Part shown: piece by piece, positions 1 through 9,486 of the stretch
Numbering within the stretch: position 1 is the first letter of the stretch
Layout of the letters: every line of letters starts with the position of its first letter
Source of the DNA: Pseudomonadota bacterium
GTDB lineage: Bacteria; Pseudomonadota; Gammaproteobacteria; RBG-16-57-12
Direction of reading: 5' to 3'
Assembly: GCA_040752855.1 (NCBI GenBank)
Contig: JBFMHP010000001.1
Location: 45,037-109,036 of the forward strand
Length of the DNA stretch: 64,000 nt
Notes under the pieces: model-generated
Databases searched by the model: none
What the model was told of the DNA's origin: nothing
Seen by the model: only the letters and a program-made list of their open reading frames with translations
Translations under genes and position numbers: made by a program

Positions 1-1
1 A

Positions 2-589
2 ATTTCGATCCGCGCCGTGCGCCTCGACAGCGGGGATCTGCATGCGCACGCCGTGCGGGTGCGGAAGATCCTCGATGATGGCGGCTGCGGTGAGATCAAG
101 ATCTTCGCCAGCGGCAACCTCGATGAATACGTCCTGGCCGAATTACTGGCGAAGGGCGCGCCGATCGACGGCTTCGGCGTCGGCACCCGGCTGGATACCT
201 CCGCCGATGTGCCCTACCTCGATTGCGCCTACAAACTCCAGGAATACGCCGGCATCGCCCGGCGCAAGCTCTCCGAAGGCAAGGCCACCTGGCCGGGGCG
301 TAAGCAGGTCTACCGGCGCTACGATGAGGCGGGTCGCCTGTGCGGCGATGTGCTGACTACGGCGGATGATGTGCAGGACGGCACGGCGCTGCTGCAAGCG
401 GTGATGCAAAGCGGCCGTCGCACAGGACCGCCCCTTACCCTGGACGAAAGCCGCGCCCACTGCGCCCGGCAATTGAACGCCCTGCCGCCCGCGCTGCGCC
501 GGCTCGATCCGCACCCGCCGTTTCCGGTCACTGTCTCCCCTGCCCTGCACGCGCTCGCTAGCGCGGTCGACCAGCGGCTGCGGTATTAA
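2..589 (+). CDS. pncB: Nicotinate phosphoribosyltransferase, C-terminal part (5' end lies outside the window)
   Basis: The ORF runs in frame from the window edge. It has PncB-like C-terminal motifs (GTRL region, IKIFASGNLDE). It is cut off at the 5' end. Confidence 0.65.
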   Translation: MSIRAVRLDSGDLHAHAVRVRKILDDGGCGEIKIFASGNLDEYVLAELLAKGAPIDGFGVGTRLDTSADVPYLDCAYKLQEYAGIARRKLSEGKATWPGRKQVYRRYDEAGRLCGDVLTTADDVQDGTALLQAVMQSGRRTGPPLTLDESRAHCARQLNALPPALRRLDPHPPFPVTVSPALHALASAVDQRLRY

Positions 590-732
590 CCTTCAACAGC
601 CAAGTCTTTGTATCAGCGATAATTCATTACTCAATTACTTAATTCAAAGAAGGTTATTTAAAGCCCCTTCTCCGCCCTGCCGATACCCTGAATAAGACGG
701 TCAACGCCGCGCCACTCGCGCGGTTCGAGGGC

Positions 733-1647
733 TTGGCAATGAGATACTGCATCGCACTGATCATGAGTTTCTGCTTTTGCATTCCATCGGGCATCGCCGC
801 CAGCGATGGCCAGGCCGGCTGGACAGCGTACAACACCGGCGACTACGCCACCGCGCTGAAGGAGTGGCAGCCACTGGCCGAGGCCGGCAATTCCGAATCC
901 CAATACATGCTGGGCTATATGTACATGGTGGGCCAGGGCGTGCTGTATGATTCGGCCAAATCGCTGCACTGGTTCACCCGCGCCGCCGAGACCGGCTATC
1001 CGCCCGCCCAGTTCGCCCTCGCCTCGCTCTATGAACATGGCACGGGCGTGCAACAGAGCAATGAACGGGCCATGCACTGGTATGAACAAGCCGCGCTCGC
1101 CGGTTTTTCCCAGGCCCAGTTCTATCTTGGATATCTATATACCGAAGGCCAAATGGTCCCACAGAATTACGAGATCGCGCTCAAGTGGTATCGCACCGCG
1201 GCGGACAACGGCGATCCGGCGGCGCAAAACAATCTGGGCTTGATGTATTTGAGCGGTGAGGGTGTCGATCAGGATGCCGAGCAGGCGCTGCATTGGCTGC
1301 GGGAGGCCGCCGAGCAGGATCTGCCCCAGGCCCAGCGCATGCTCGGCGAGCTGTACGCCGAGGGCAAGATCGTCAAACAGGACTACTATATCGCGGTCGA
1401 ATGGTTCTTCCGGGCCGCCCGCCAGGGCGATGTGACCGCCAAATACCATCTGGGCAAGATGTATGCGCGCGGCATCGGCGTCATGCGCAATATCGACAAC
1501 GCCAAGCGCTGGCTGAAATCGGCTGCCGATGAGGGTCTTGCGATGGCCGAGGATGAGCTGGCCGATCTCAATCGCGCCCAGGCGATCAATCGCGCCAAAT
1601 ACCCGCTGCCCAAGACCATCAGCAGCCGGTATAACGACTTCAGCTAG
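733..1647 (+). CDS. Sel1/TPR-like repeat protein with N-terminal signal peptide
   Basis: Has repeated about-36-aa Sel1 motifs (AQYxLGxMYxxGxGVxxD...A..W). Has a hydrophobic N-terminus. Confidence 0.8.
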   Translation: MAMRYCIALIMSFCFCIPSGIAASDGQAGWTAYNTGDYATALKEWQPLAEAGNSESQYMLGYMYMVGQGVLYDSAKSLHWFTRAAETGYPPAQFALASLYEHGTGVQQSNERAMHWYEQAALAGFSQAQFYLGYLYTEGQMVPQNYEIALKWYRTAADNGDPAAQNNLGLMYLSGEGVDQDAEQALHWLREAAEQDLPQAQRMLGELYAEGKIVKQDYYIAVEWFFRAARQGDVTAKYHLGKMYARGIGVMRNIDNAKRWLKSAADEGLAMAEDELADLNRAQAINRAKYPLPKTISSRYNDFS

Positions 1648-2992
1648 CCAGACGCTTCGCCAGCAACCCCATCTTCACCTCGGACGTCGGCACTGCGATG
1701 CGCACGACGTGGCCGCCGCCCGGCACTTCCTGCACCGGATTGCCCGCCTTGTCCTCGATGTGCGAGAGCACGAAGCGCTGGTTGCCGCCCGGCAGCACGA
1801 GTTCGATCTCATCGCCCACGGCGAATTTGTTCTTGGCCAGGATCTCCGCCAGTTGCTTCTCTTGATTATATCCGGTGACCTCGCCGACGAATTGCGCCTG
1901 CTCACTGCGCGAGATGCCTTCGAGATAGTTCTGATGTTCGGCGGTGTGGTGGCGCTGGTAGAAGCCATCGGTGTAGCCACGGCTGGAGAGCTGTTCCAGG
2001 GCGCCGAGCAGGGTGGGGTCGAACGGGCGGCCGGCCACGGCATCATCGATGGCGCGGCGATAGACCTGCGCAGTGCGCGCCACATAATAATGCGACTTGG
2101 TCCGCCCCTCGATCTTCAGTGAATCCACGCCGATGCGCGCCAGCCGATGCACATGTTCCACTGCGCGAAGATCCTTCGAATTCATGATGTAGGTACCGTT
2201 TTCGTCCTCCATGATCGGCATGTATTCGCCGGGGCGGTTTGGTTCCTCGATCAGGTAGACGTAATCGGCAAGCGGGTGGCGCGGCAGATCACCGCAAGAG
2301 GAGAGGACCGGTTGGTTCATCGCCTCGAAGGCCTTGAAGTCGATCTTCTGGATGTCGCCGCTCACATCGGTCTGGCCCGAGCCCAGCTTATATTCCCAGC
2401 GGCAGGCGTTGGTGCAGGTGCCTTGGTTGGGATCGCGGTGATTGAAATAGCCGGAGAGCAGACAACGGCCGGAGTAGGCGATGCACAGCGCACCGTGGAC
2501 GAAGACCTCCAGCTCCATGTCGGGGCAGCGCTGGCGGATGTCCTCGATCTCATCGAGCGAGAGTTCGCGCGAGAGGATCACCCGCGAGATGCCGACCGAC
2601 TGCCAGAACTTCACCGCCGCGTAATTCACCGCATTGGCCTGCACCGAGAGATGGATCGGCACCTCAGGCCAGCGCTCGCGCACCAGCATGATCAGACCGG
2701 GATCGGCCATGATCAGCGCATCCGGCTTGAGCGCAATCACCGGAGCGATGTCCGCCAGATAGGTATCCACCTTGCGGTTATGCGGGATGACATTGCTCGC
2801 CAAAAAGAAGTGCTTGCCCTGGGCGTGGGCCTCGTTGATGCCGATCGCGAGATTGGCCAGATCGAAATCGTTATTGCGCACGCGCAGGCTGTAGCGCGGC
2901 TGGCCGGCATACACCGCATCCGCGCCGAAGGCGAAGGCGTACCGCATATTGTTGAGGGTGCCGGCGGGGCAGAGTAATTCGGGTGCTTTCAT
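1640..2992 (-). CDS. yegQ: U32-family peptidase YegQ/TrhP (tRNA 5-hydroxyuridine formation)
   Basis: 450 aa and near-collinear with E. coli YegQ (MKAPELLCPAGTLNNMRYAFAFGADAVYAGQPRYSLR...; CRWEY; IEGRTKS motifs). Confidence 0.9.
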   Translation of the reverse strand: MKAPELLCPAGTLNNMRYAFAFGADAVYAGQPRYSLRVRNNDFDLANLAIGINEAHAQGKHFFLASNVIPHNRKVDTYLADIAPVIALKPDALIMADPGLIMLVRERWPEVPIHLSVQANAVNYAAVKFWQSVGISRVILSRELSLDEIEDIRQRCPDMELEVFVHGALCIAYSGRCLLSGYFNHRDPNQGTCTNACRWEYKLGSGQTDVSGDIQKIDFKAFEAMNQPVLSSCGDLPRHPLADYVYLIEEPNRPGEYMPIMEDENGTYIMNSKDLRAVEHVHRLARIGVDSLKIEGRTKSHYYVARTAQVYRRAIDDAVAGRPFDPTLLGALEQLSSRGYTDGFYQRHHTAEHQNYLEGISRSEQAQFVGEVTGYNQEKQLAEILAKNKFAVGDEIELVLPGGNQRFVLSHIEDKAGNPVQEVPGGGHVVRIAVPTSEVKMGLLAKRLAS

Positions 2993-3185
2993 CGGTGAGT
3001 ACTGCTTGGGTTACAGAAATGAGGCGCCATTATAACCGAGCAGGCAAGTGGGGTGTTAGCGCCCTCCTTGACGAACAGAGTTTAGTCCCTTCTACGCCAA
3101 GGACTTATGCCCCTTTAGGGCAAAGGTGAGTTAGGCAATCAAAAAATTCGGCACACACGAGGCAAGGTTCACTATGCCCCCCAGT

Positions 3186-3866
3186 TTACTTCGGCATGCC
3201 GATGGAGAGGGTTTTTAACAGTTCTAAAGCAAGGATAAAATCAGGTGTGGAGTCAAATGTTTTCGGCAACCTTGAGTCATGCACCATGATGAGTTTATTG
3301 ACCTGCTCTTTTGCAGCGCCAGTTTTCGATCTGATCACGGGGTATGTTTCGTCCCACTTGTCCTCAACTGTTATCGTTACCTTTCCCGATAGCCCACCTA
3401 GAAAATCGCGCTTTGCGGACATATCGATTCGCAGATTTCCGATGTAATACCTCTGGCCTTTCTCAGGGACACTGAAGCCGACCTGTGGCACAATGAAATA
3501 ACTTCCACTCCACTGATCACGATATTCGATTTTATTTATGACATATGTCCCGGGATCGAGCATCCATACAAAATGTCCGGTCTCAGTTATTGAGTAGTTG
3601 ATCCTTGCCCTGTCTTCAATCCGAACTAATTGTGGCGTCATATCCGATCCAAAAATTCCTTTACTAAAGGTCTTTTCTTTCCCGCCAAAAATCCACTCTA
3701 TGCGCCCCATTACGACAGATTTATTTCCCGAAGCCAGTTCTTGATGTAATTGTGTTGAGTCTTCAATCGTTTTTTCAAATGAAGCACACGACACAATGAG
3801 ACAGAAAAGCGCTATAAGAACAACTAACCGACACTGGCATGCTGCACTTACATTTCTCATCGTCAT
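3186..3866 (-). CDS. Hypothetical lipoprotein (low-GC island)
   Basis: 226-aa ORF with signal peptide and lipobox-like Cys (LIVSCASF). Low GC relative to flanks. Confidence 0.5.
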   Translation of the reverse strand: MTMRNVSAACQCRLVVLIALFCLIVSCASFEKTIEDSTQLHQELASGNKSVVMGRIEWIFGGKEKTFSKGIFGSDMTPQLVRIEDRARINYSITETGHFVWMLDPGTYVINKIEYRDQWSGSYFIVPQVGFSVPEKGQRYYIGNLRIDMSAKRDFLGGLSGKVTITVEDKWDETYPVIRSKTGAAKEQVNKLIMVHDSRLPKTFDSTPDFILALELLKTLSIGMPK

Positions 3867-3927
3867 CCTCGTTTGGTATCGCCCTGCAGTTGCGAGGCAC
3901 TGTATTCTTTAGGCCTCAATCAGAAAC

Positions 3928-4695
3928 TTAGTTTCTATGGACAGGAAGTAGCGTAACAACGCACCCGGAAAGGTCGCTTTTGCTTGGCGCCTTTGTCATT
4001 TTGGGCCATGTGGCGAGCACTGCCTCCACATTGGGTCTAACCGTTATCTTCCCAGGCTCAATCATGCCAACAAATATAAAACTAGAGTTCGTAAAATCAC
4101 TAAAAACAAGCTTAGACTCAACGACGACACCTGGCGTTTTCACATCCCGCGATATATCTTCACGCTCGACGCGCTGGACGATCTGAACTTCAAAACCATC
4201 CTGCACTATACTGAGGCCAGTCAAAAAACCCCAGCGTACCCCGCTCGCCCAAGCAGATTGAATGCGCTCACATGACGGGGTTGCCTCGGCATGATACATT
4301 CCACCTACGTTCCGAAAACCACGGCGGTTGATGGCCTCACTATATGTTTTCAACTGGATCTCTTGTGCCGCGATGAATTGTGTGGCGTTCGATTGATTAA
4401 TGGTTACAGGGCGACCATCGATTATTGTTTGAAGAGTAATATTAGGTTGTTTCTCCACCGCCCGTGACGCAAGCAGATTGAGACTGACCGCCATATAGCC
4501 AAGCGCTAGCCGCTCAGGCGAGGCATGCAGTGCCTGGTCTGGCCCGTCCACAACAGGACGTTGAGTGTGATCGGCGGCACAACTCGCCATTGTGAGGCAG
4601 ATGCACAACAGAAACAGGGCCATCATTATGGAACTTATTCCGTTGTCATTTTTCGCTGTCATCTGGTCGGCACAAGGTGGCAAAGGATCAGGCAC
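3928..4695 (-). CDS. Hypothetical secreted protein (low-GC island)
   Basis: 255-aa ORF with hydrophobic N-terminal segment. No recognisable family. Confidence 0.45.
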   Translation of the reverse strand: MPDPLPPCADQMTAKNDNGISSIMMALFLLCICLTMASCAADHTQRPVVDGPDQALHASPERLALGYMAVSLNLLASRAVEKQPNITLQTIIDGRPVTINQSNATQFIAAQEIQLKTYSEAINRRGFRNVGGMYHAEATPSCERIQSAWASGVRWGFLTGLSIVQDGFEVQIVQRVEREDISRDVKTPGVVVESKLVFSDFTNSSFIFVGMIEPGKITVRPNVEAVLATWPKMTKAPSKSDLSGCVVTLLPVHRN

Positions 4696-4820
4696 TGACT
4701 AAGCAAAGGCAGCGCAACCACTGTTATCCCCATAATTTTTAGAATAGACCGAACCATTGAGATTGCAACCACGCAAAAGAGTACACTTCTCGGAAGTGAC
4801 AGACAGAAAAAATCCAGCAC

Positions 4821-5187
4821 GGTAGGTTGGGCTGAGGAACGATGCCCAACATCACAACGGTCGCGTAAGGAAACATAAGCAATTGGGCGCAATAAGCCGT
4901 ATATTGTTTGCTTCCTGCGTCAGCTCACCTACTTGCTATTCGTGGATGGCACGGCACGGTTAACACCTGCCACTCAAGGTAGGTTGGGTTGAGCGGTCTT
5001 GCGAAGCCCGACCATTACCCTGAAGACCATATATGGGCTTCCTTCGTCAGCCCAACCTACCGTTCTACCTGGCTCAACAATCGCCGCACCATGCGCACCA
5101 CAATTCATTTGTCGTCCCGACCCCTGCAATGGTGCATGGAATGCACCCTACCTGCTGCAATGGTGCATGGAATGCACCCTACCTCCT
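4821..5187. repeat. Cluster of REP/MITE-like inverted-repeat elements (GGTAGGTTGGGCTGAGG... / ...GGTGCATGGAATGCACCCTACC), including two tandem 31-nt units at 5124-5185
   Basis: 4821-4890 is about 85% identical to 6308-6380. The ends GGTAGG and CCTACC are inverted. Contains the internal palindrome GGTGCAT-gga-ATGCACC. A nested inverted copy lies at 4978-5061. Confidence 0.7.
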
Positions 5188-5189
5188 GC

Positions 5190-5894
5190 CTAAGGCAATG
5201 TGCAGGTGCCGGTACCGCCGTCGCGAACATAATAGTCCGTGGATAGCGAGGCGTTGGCCGCCGAAATGACATTCAACCCTGCGCTGAGAAAAATGGGTGT
5301 GTGTCGGCGAGTGGCACTCAGCTGAGTCAACGGCACGTTGTTCACGGAAACGTTGAGCAAGTAAGTGCCATTATCAAACAGGTTGATGAATGGTTGAGCC
5401 AGTCCGGTCTTTGCATTGAATGCGCAACCGGGTGTCACTGTGGCGTACGATTTTAGACTTGCCGCATATTCCAGGTCGCCGCTTATGCTGTTTGCGCTGG
5501 TATCCGGGATACACATATTGGGCTGGTTGGGATATGACAACGGCGCATCAAACGTATAGCTATCGGCCGTGCGTTTGTTGAGCGCCACGTTGACCGTGTT
5601 GATACCGTTGTCGAGCCAGACATTGGTGTCTGGATTAAAAAATGTAACCGTTGCGACGGCGTTGCCATTGAGCGATACGGTGGCAGTAGCGTTTGATTTC
5701 GGGTTGTACAACCCGGCTTGAACGACCGGCGCCATGCCTGTGACCGGATTAAGCCCACATTGCACTCCGCTTGAAGCATATGTCTTGCCACTCGCCCCGA
5801 TTTGTATGCCTGTCGCCGCCAAAACCGGTGCGCTCTGTAACATCACGATCGTGAATCCCGCAGCGCTCAACAACAATGTCTGTTTGCTTTTCAT
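5190..5894 (-). CDS. Hypothetical secreted protein
   Basis: 234-aa ORF with signal peptide (MKSKQTLLLSAAGFTIVMLQSAPVLA). Ala/Asn/Thr-rich. No recognisable family. Confidence 0.5.
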   Translation of the reverse strand: MKSKQTLLLSAAGFTIVMLQSAPVLAATGIQIGASGKTYASSGVQCGLNPVTGMAPVVQAGLYNPKSNATATVSLNGNAVATVTFFNPDTNVWLDNGINTVNVALNKRTADSYTFDAPLSYPNQPNMCIPDTSANSISGDLEYAASLKSYATVTPGCAFNAKTGLAQPFINLFDNGTYLLNVSVNNVPLTQLSATRRHTPIFLSAGLNVISAANASLSTDYYVRDGGTGTCTLP

Positions 5895-6307
5895 ACAAGC
5901 GACCTGCCCTATGGTTAAGTTGATAATTGTAGTAAGTTACTTACCTGTGCTTTCGCTCCCTTTAGAGCGGTATTTGTATCACAGCAATATTTAAGTGAAG
6001 CTTAACAGCTCATCTATTTGGCAACAGAATTTATTTATTTTGAAACCAGAAAAATGGTCGAAAATGTTTGATCGATCATGGTTAAAAAATTGGGAAATTC
6101 TTGATGGTACTTGTTCCTCAGAATGGGCTTTATCCTCGAAAAAGGATTTGCACCTGTGCGGCGAAAAGTGTCCGTTAAGCTGGTGGAGGTTCAGCCTGTA
6201 GAATTAGGCACGAAACGCATCGGTAGAGAAAATTTTCGGAACATGACTGGTGCGGTTCGTTCCTCACCACACCCTACATTTGAAAGGCCCTTTTGGCCTT
6301 TCAGCGG

Positions 6308-6423
6308 GGTAGGTTGGGCTGAGGAACGAAGGCCAACATTACAACGGTTGCGGACGGAAACATAAACAATTGAGGCACGAAAATCCGTAAGCTGCAATGG
6401 TGCATGGAATGCGCCCTACCTGC
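6308..6423. repeat. Second copy of the REP/MITE-like element (GGTAGGTTGGGCTGAGG ... GGTGCATGGAATGCGCCCTACCTGC)
   Basis: About 115-bp unit with terminal inverted repeats. Homologous to the 4821-5187 cluster. Overlaps the last codons of the downstream gene. Confidence 0.7.
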
Positions 6424-7654
6424 TTCCGGGGCTCGGGAACTTCGCCACGGCCAAGGCACCGATCTTTTTGCCCATGGCCACGCCGATTTCCGTGGACGTG
6501 CGGTAGTGCACGCCGTCATAGATGCGGGCCTCCGACACCTCCCTGACGAAGTCGTCGATCTTCGTCCAACTTCGCGCCTTTCCATTGGCGGTGTCACTGG
6601 TCGTAGTTAAGACTGGCATGGGCCCGGCGCCTATCTCCTCTTGCAGTACCATGCCGACGGCGGCGGCGACGATGCAGTGTGCGCACGGGTACTCGGGATG
6701 CATCGGGGTGTCGATAAACGGCGTCCATGCTGGTTCCCGTTCGGTCGCATCGTTGCCATCGATATCGCCGTTGCGAATCGCGGTGATGGGCCGCCAGAAT
6801 TGGTAGTGGTATTTGGCGTCAAAGACGGCGATCAATGCGTCATCAATGGCCTGCCCGACCGCCGCAAACAAGCGGGCGTTCTGCGTGATCTCCCGTCCGG
6901 GCATGGTGGCGACCGAGCGCACGACGCCATAATAGATCGGGGGCAGCGTGGCTTCCCAAAAGCGCGCAATCTCGGTCTGCTCGGCCGTGCGGCGCGTACT
7001 GATTTTGCCGCCGACCGCCTTGATCTCGTTGTAGTCGCGCGCCCACACCTCACTCGTGAGCTGAGGCGGTAGAGCAGGACGGAACTGCGCAGGGTTTGAC
7101 ATCAGCCAGGGCTTGCGCTGTGGCCATTGAGTGGCCACTGGGATGGCTGTCGGTACGTAGACACCTGCGCTGGTCAGTGGTCGATATGTTTCTCCCGCAG
7201 CGGCGCCGTCATCGGCGTGCATTACCAAGATCACTTCGGCCGCCTTTTCCCCAACCGCGAGCCCTGCGGTCTTTGCCGGACCCTCGGCGATCTTCGTCAA
7301 AGCAGTGTGGAAGGCAGTGTCAACGGCCGCCTGTTGGGGCGGCACCAGTTTCACGAGCGCGGCATGGTTGGCCGCTGCGATTGCGGCCTCCACGGAAGCT
7401 CCGGGCGCCGCCTCCAGTTGCAGGTTACTGGCGGGATAGCGTTTGGTAATGGCGTTTGCAGCTTCATACACCGCCGTCTGCACGATCGCCAGTACGCGGT
7501 TGGCAGGGGGTGTTCCCAACTTCGCATCGACAATGATCTTGCCGGCCGTGATGTTCCAGTCGGTAACTACATCGGCCTGCGCGACGGAAGCGGCGACCAA
7601 TGGTGTGAGGATAACCAGCAATGCCTTCTGCAAATGCCTGTGAGCGCGCCTCAT
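6416..7654 (-). CDS. Secreted PAP2-superfamily / vanadium-haloperoxidase-like protein
   Basis: Has PAP2 signature blocks KYHYQFWRPITAIR, HPEYPCAH (PSGH-like) and ARIYDGVHYRTS. Has a signal peptide after the internal Met (MRRAHRHLQKALLVILTPLVAASVAQA). The ORF extends to 7693 but the true start is probably 7654. Confidence 0.7.
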   Translation of the reverse strand: MRRAHRHLQKALLVILTPLVAASVAQADVVTDWNITAGKIIVDAKLGTPPANRVLAIVQTAVYEAANAITKRYPASNLQLEAAPGASVEAAIAAANHAALVKLVPPQQAAVDTAFHTALTKIAEGPAKTAGLAVGEKAAEVILVMHADDGAAAGETYRPLTSAGVYVPTAIPVATQWPQRKPWLMSNPAQFRPALPPQLTSEVWARDYNEIKAVGGKISTRRTAEQTEIARFWEATLPPIYYGVVRSVATMPGREITQNARLFAAVGQAIDDALIAVFDAKYHYQFWRPITAIRNGDIDGNDATEREPAWTPFIDTPMHPEYPCAHCIVAAAVGMVLQEEIGAGPMPVLTTTSDTANGKARSWTKIDDFVREVSEARIYDGVHYRTSTEIGVAMGKKIGALAVAKFPSPGSR

Positions 7655-7748
7655 GATCGCACCTACTTTTCTCCCGCACATGGCTAAAAACAATGCGTTT
7701 GCGTAGCGGCGGCTTGGTTATTGTGCAATGACACGCAACGCAAAGGCG

Positions 7749-8183
7749 TCATTCGCGCCTGCCGCCACCCATACCGCCGCCCATGCCACCACCCGGACCC
7801 ATGCCCTTACCCATGCCTTGCGGGGGCGGTTCGTCCGGCAGCGTCACGCCTTTTTCCTGGGCGCGTTTTTTCATCTCTTCGTGGTGTTCCTTGCGGATGC
7901 GCTCGCGTTCTTCCGCGGTCTTCGCGGCGCGCATGCGTTCGCGGTGGGCCTCGCGCTCCTCCTTGGTCATCAGTTGCCAGCCGTAGATGTCCTGATCACG
8001 TAGGCGATCGCGGTCCTGATCCATCATCCGGTCACGGTCCTGATCCATCATGCGATCGCGATCCTGGTCACGGTCCATCATATGCTCCCGGTCGCGATCC
8101 CGATCCTGATCAGCGGCATAGACTGCGCCCAGCGGGGCGGTGAGGGCGAGTATTCCTGCCAGAACGAGTGTTTTCTTGAACAT
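7749..8183 (-). CDS. Periplasmic low-complexity protein with DQDRDRMMD repeats, LTxEE-type helix and Met/Gly-rich tail
   Basis: Has a signal peptide. Carries three degenerate 27-nt tandem repeats coding DRDQDRDRMMDQ. The C-terminus is GMGKGMGPGGGMGGGMGGG. Confidence 0.6.
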   Translation of the reverse strand: MFKKTLVLAGILALTAPLGAVYAADQDRDRDREHMMDRDQDRDRMMDQDRDRMMDQDRDRLRDQDIYGWQLMTKEEREAHRERMRAAKTAEERERIRKEHHEEMKKRAQEKGVTLPDEPPPQGMGKGMGPGGGMGGGMGGGRRE

Positions 8184-8350
8184 GGGCTATTTCTCCGGTG
8201 AGTGAGTAGAGAGTACCTATAACTCTGGTTGATCCCGGCGGATTTGCAACCTCAGGAAAATCAGATGTAGGCGGGTGTGCGGTAGTGGCAGGCGGGCCGA
8301 TCCGTTACAATCAGCGGATTGTTTCACTACATCTTCGAGCAACACCCCTG

Positions 8351-9121
8351 ATGAAAATCGCTTCCTGGAACGTCAATTCCCTCAAGGTCCGGCTGCCGCA
8401 GGTGCTGGATTGGCTGGCAGAGCAGCGCCCCGATATCCTCGCCATGCAGGAGACCAAGCTCACCGATGAGAATTTTCCGGCCGATGAGATCCGCGCCGCC
8501 GGCTACGAGGTGGTCTATGCTGGACAGAAGACCTACAACGGTGTGGCCATCCTGAGCCGTGTGCCGGGGAACGACACTGTGCGCGATCTGCCCGGTCTGG
8601 ATGATGATCCGCAGCGCCGCCTGCTGGGCGCGACCTACGGCGATCTGCGCGTGCTGGATGTGTACATCCCCAACGGCCAGGAGGTCGGTTCGGAAAAGTA
8701 CGACTACAAGCTCGATTGGCTGGAGAAACTGCGTGCCTATGTTGCTGCACAGTTACAGCAGTATCCGCGGCTGATCTTGCTGGGTGACTACAATATTGCC
8801 CCGGATGACCGCGACGTGCATGATCCGGAGGCCTGGCGCGAACAAATCCTGTGCAGCACGCCGGAGCGCGCGGCCTTCAAGGCCTTGATCGAGACCGGGC
8901 TGCACGACAGCTTTCGCCTGTTCCCGCAGGAAGAAAAGGTCTTCAGCTGGTGGGACTACCGCGCCGCGGGCTTTCGCCGCAACGCGGGGCTGCGCATCGA
9001 CCATGTGCTGGTGAGCGACGCGCTGAAAGACCGCTGCCGCGCTTCGTACATCGACACCGCGCCGCGCCGGCTCGAGCGGCCCTCCGACCATGCCCCGGCA
9101 GTGGCGGAGTTCGATCTGTGA
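8351..9121 (+). CDS. xthA: Exodeoxyribonuclease III
   Basis: MKIASWNVNSLKVRLPQVLDWLAEQRPDILAMQETK aligns with the E. coli XthA N-terminus. The ORF begins at 8285, but the conserved start is the internal Met at 8351. Confidence 0.9.
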   Translation: MKIASWNVNSLKVRLPQVLDWLAEQRPDILAMQETKLTDENFPADEIRAAGYEVVYAGQKTYNGVAILSRVPGNDTVRDLPGLDDDPQRRLLGATYGDLRVLDVYIPNGQEVGSEKYDYKLDWLEKLRAYVAAQLQQYPRLILLGDYNIAPDDRDVHDPEAWREQILCSTPERAAFKALIETGLHDSFRLFPQEEKVFSWWDYRAAGFRRNAGLRIDHVLVSDALKDRCRASYIDTAPRRLERPSDHAPAVAEFDL

Positions 9122-9132
9122 GTGGAGGCGGT

Positions 9133-9348
9133 ATGGTAAAGAGTATGATCGGATTAATCGGTGCGATGCTGCTGGTATCGCTGTGCGCCTGTCAGCAATC
9201 CGCGCAGCAAGAGGGCGTGGGGACGACCGGCACGGCAGGAGCAGGCGGCGTCGGGGACACATCAACCTCCACCCCGCCACCGACGCGGCCGCCAAGCGAG
9301 CAGGGCAGTCACGGCACGGCCAGCGGGAGTACGCCGGCCGGGAATTGA
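9133..9348 (+). CDS. Small putative lipoprotein (Gly/Thr/Pro-rich)
   Basis: 71 aa. MVKSMIGLIGAMLLVSLCAC looks like a signal peptide with Cys. It sits inside a longer spurious ORF. Confidence 0.35.
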   Translation: MVKSMIGLIGAMLLVSLCACQQSAQQEGVGTTGTAGAGGVGDTSTSTPPPTRPPSEQGSHGTASGSTPAGN

Positions 9349-9486
9349 GATTGATGCCGGGAACGGCTGCGCCTTATCCCGGCCTACCATGTGCTGACAG
9401 TCATACCGCGTAGGCCGGCATAAGCGCAGCGTTGCCGGCAAAAGATGTATCCAGAACGCTGCGACCATTCGGTGGTCTTATAGAGC

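Noticed and set aside
143-550. Antisense ORFs within pncB and within the Sel1 gene (143-550, 658-1089, 1135-1449)
   Set aside because: They are embedded opposite to homology-supported genes and have shadow-ORF composition.
5124-5185. Possible CRISPR array (two tandem 31-nt direct repeats)
   Set aside because: There are only two units with no spacer. They are part of a larger inverted-repeat (REP/MITE-like) element. No cas genes are present.
7930-8110. Tandem 27-nt repeats in 7749-8183 considered as a non-coding repeat or CRISPR-like feature
   Set aside because: The repeats are in frame and encode the DQDRDRMMD protein repeats of a signal-peptide ORF. They are a coding low-complexity region.
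8285-8350. Longer N-terminus for xthA starting at 8285
   Set aside because: The conserved Xth N-terminus (MKIASWNVN) starts at the internal Met at 8351. The upstream 22 codons have no counterpart in Xth proteins.
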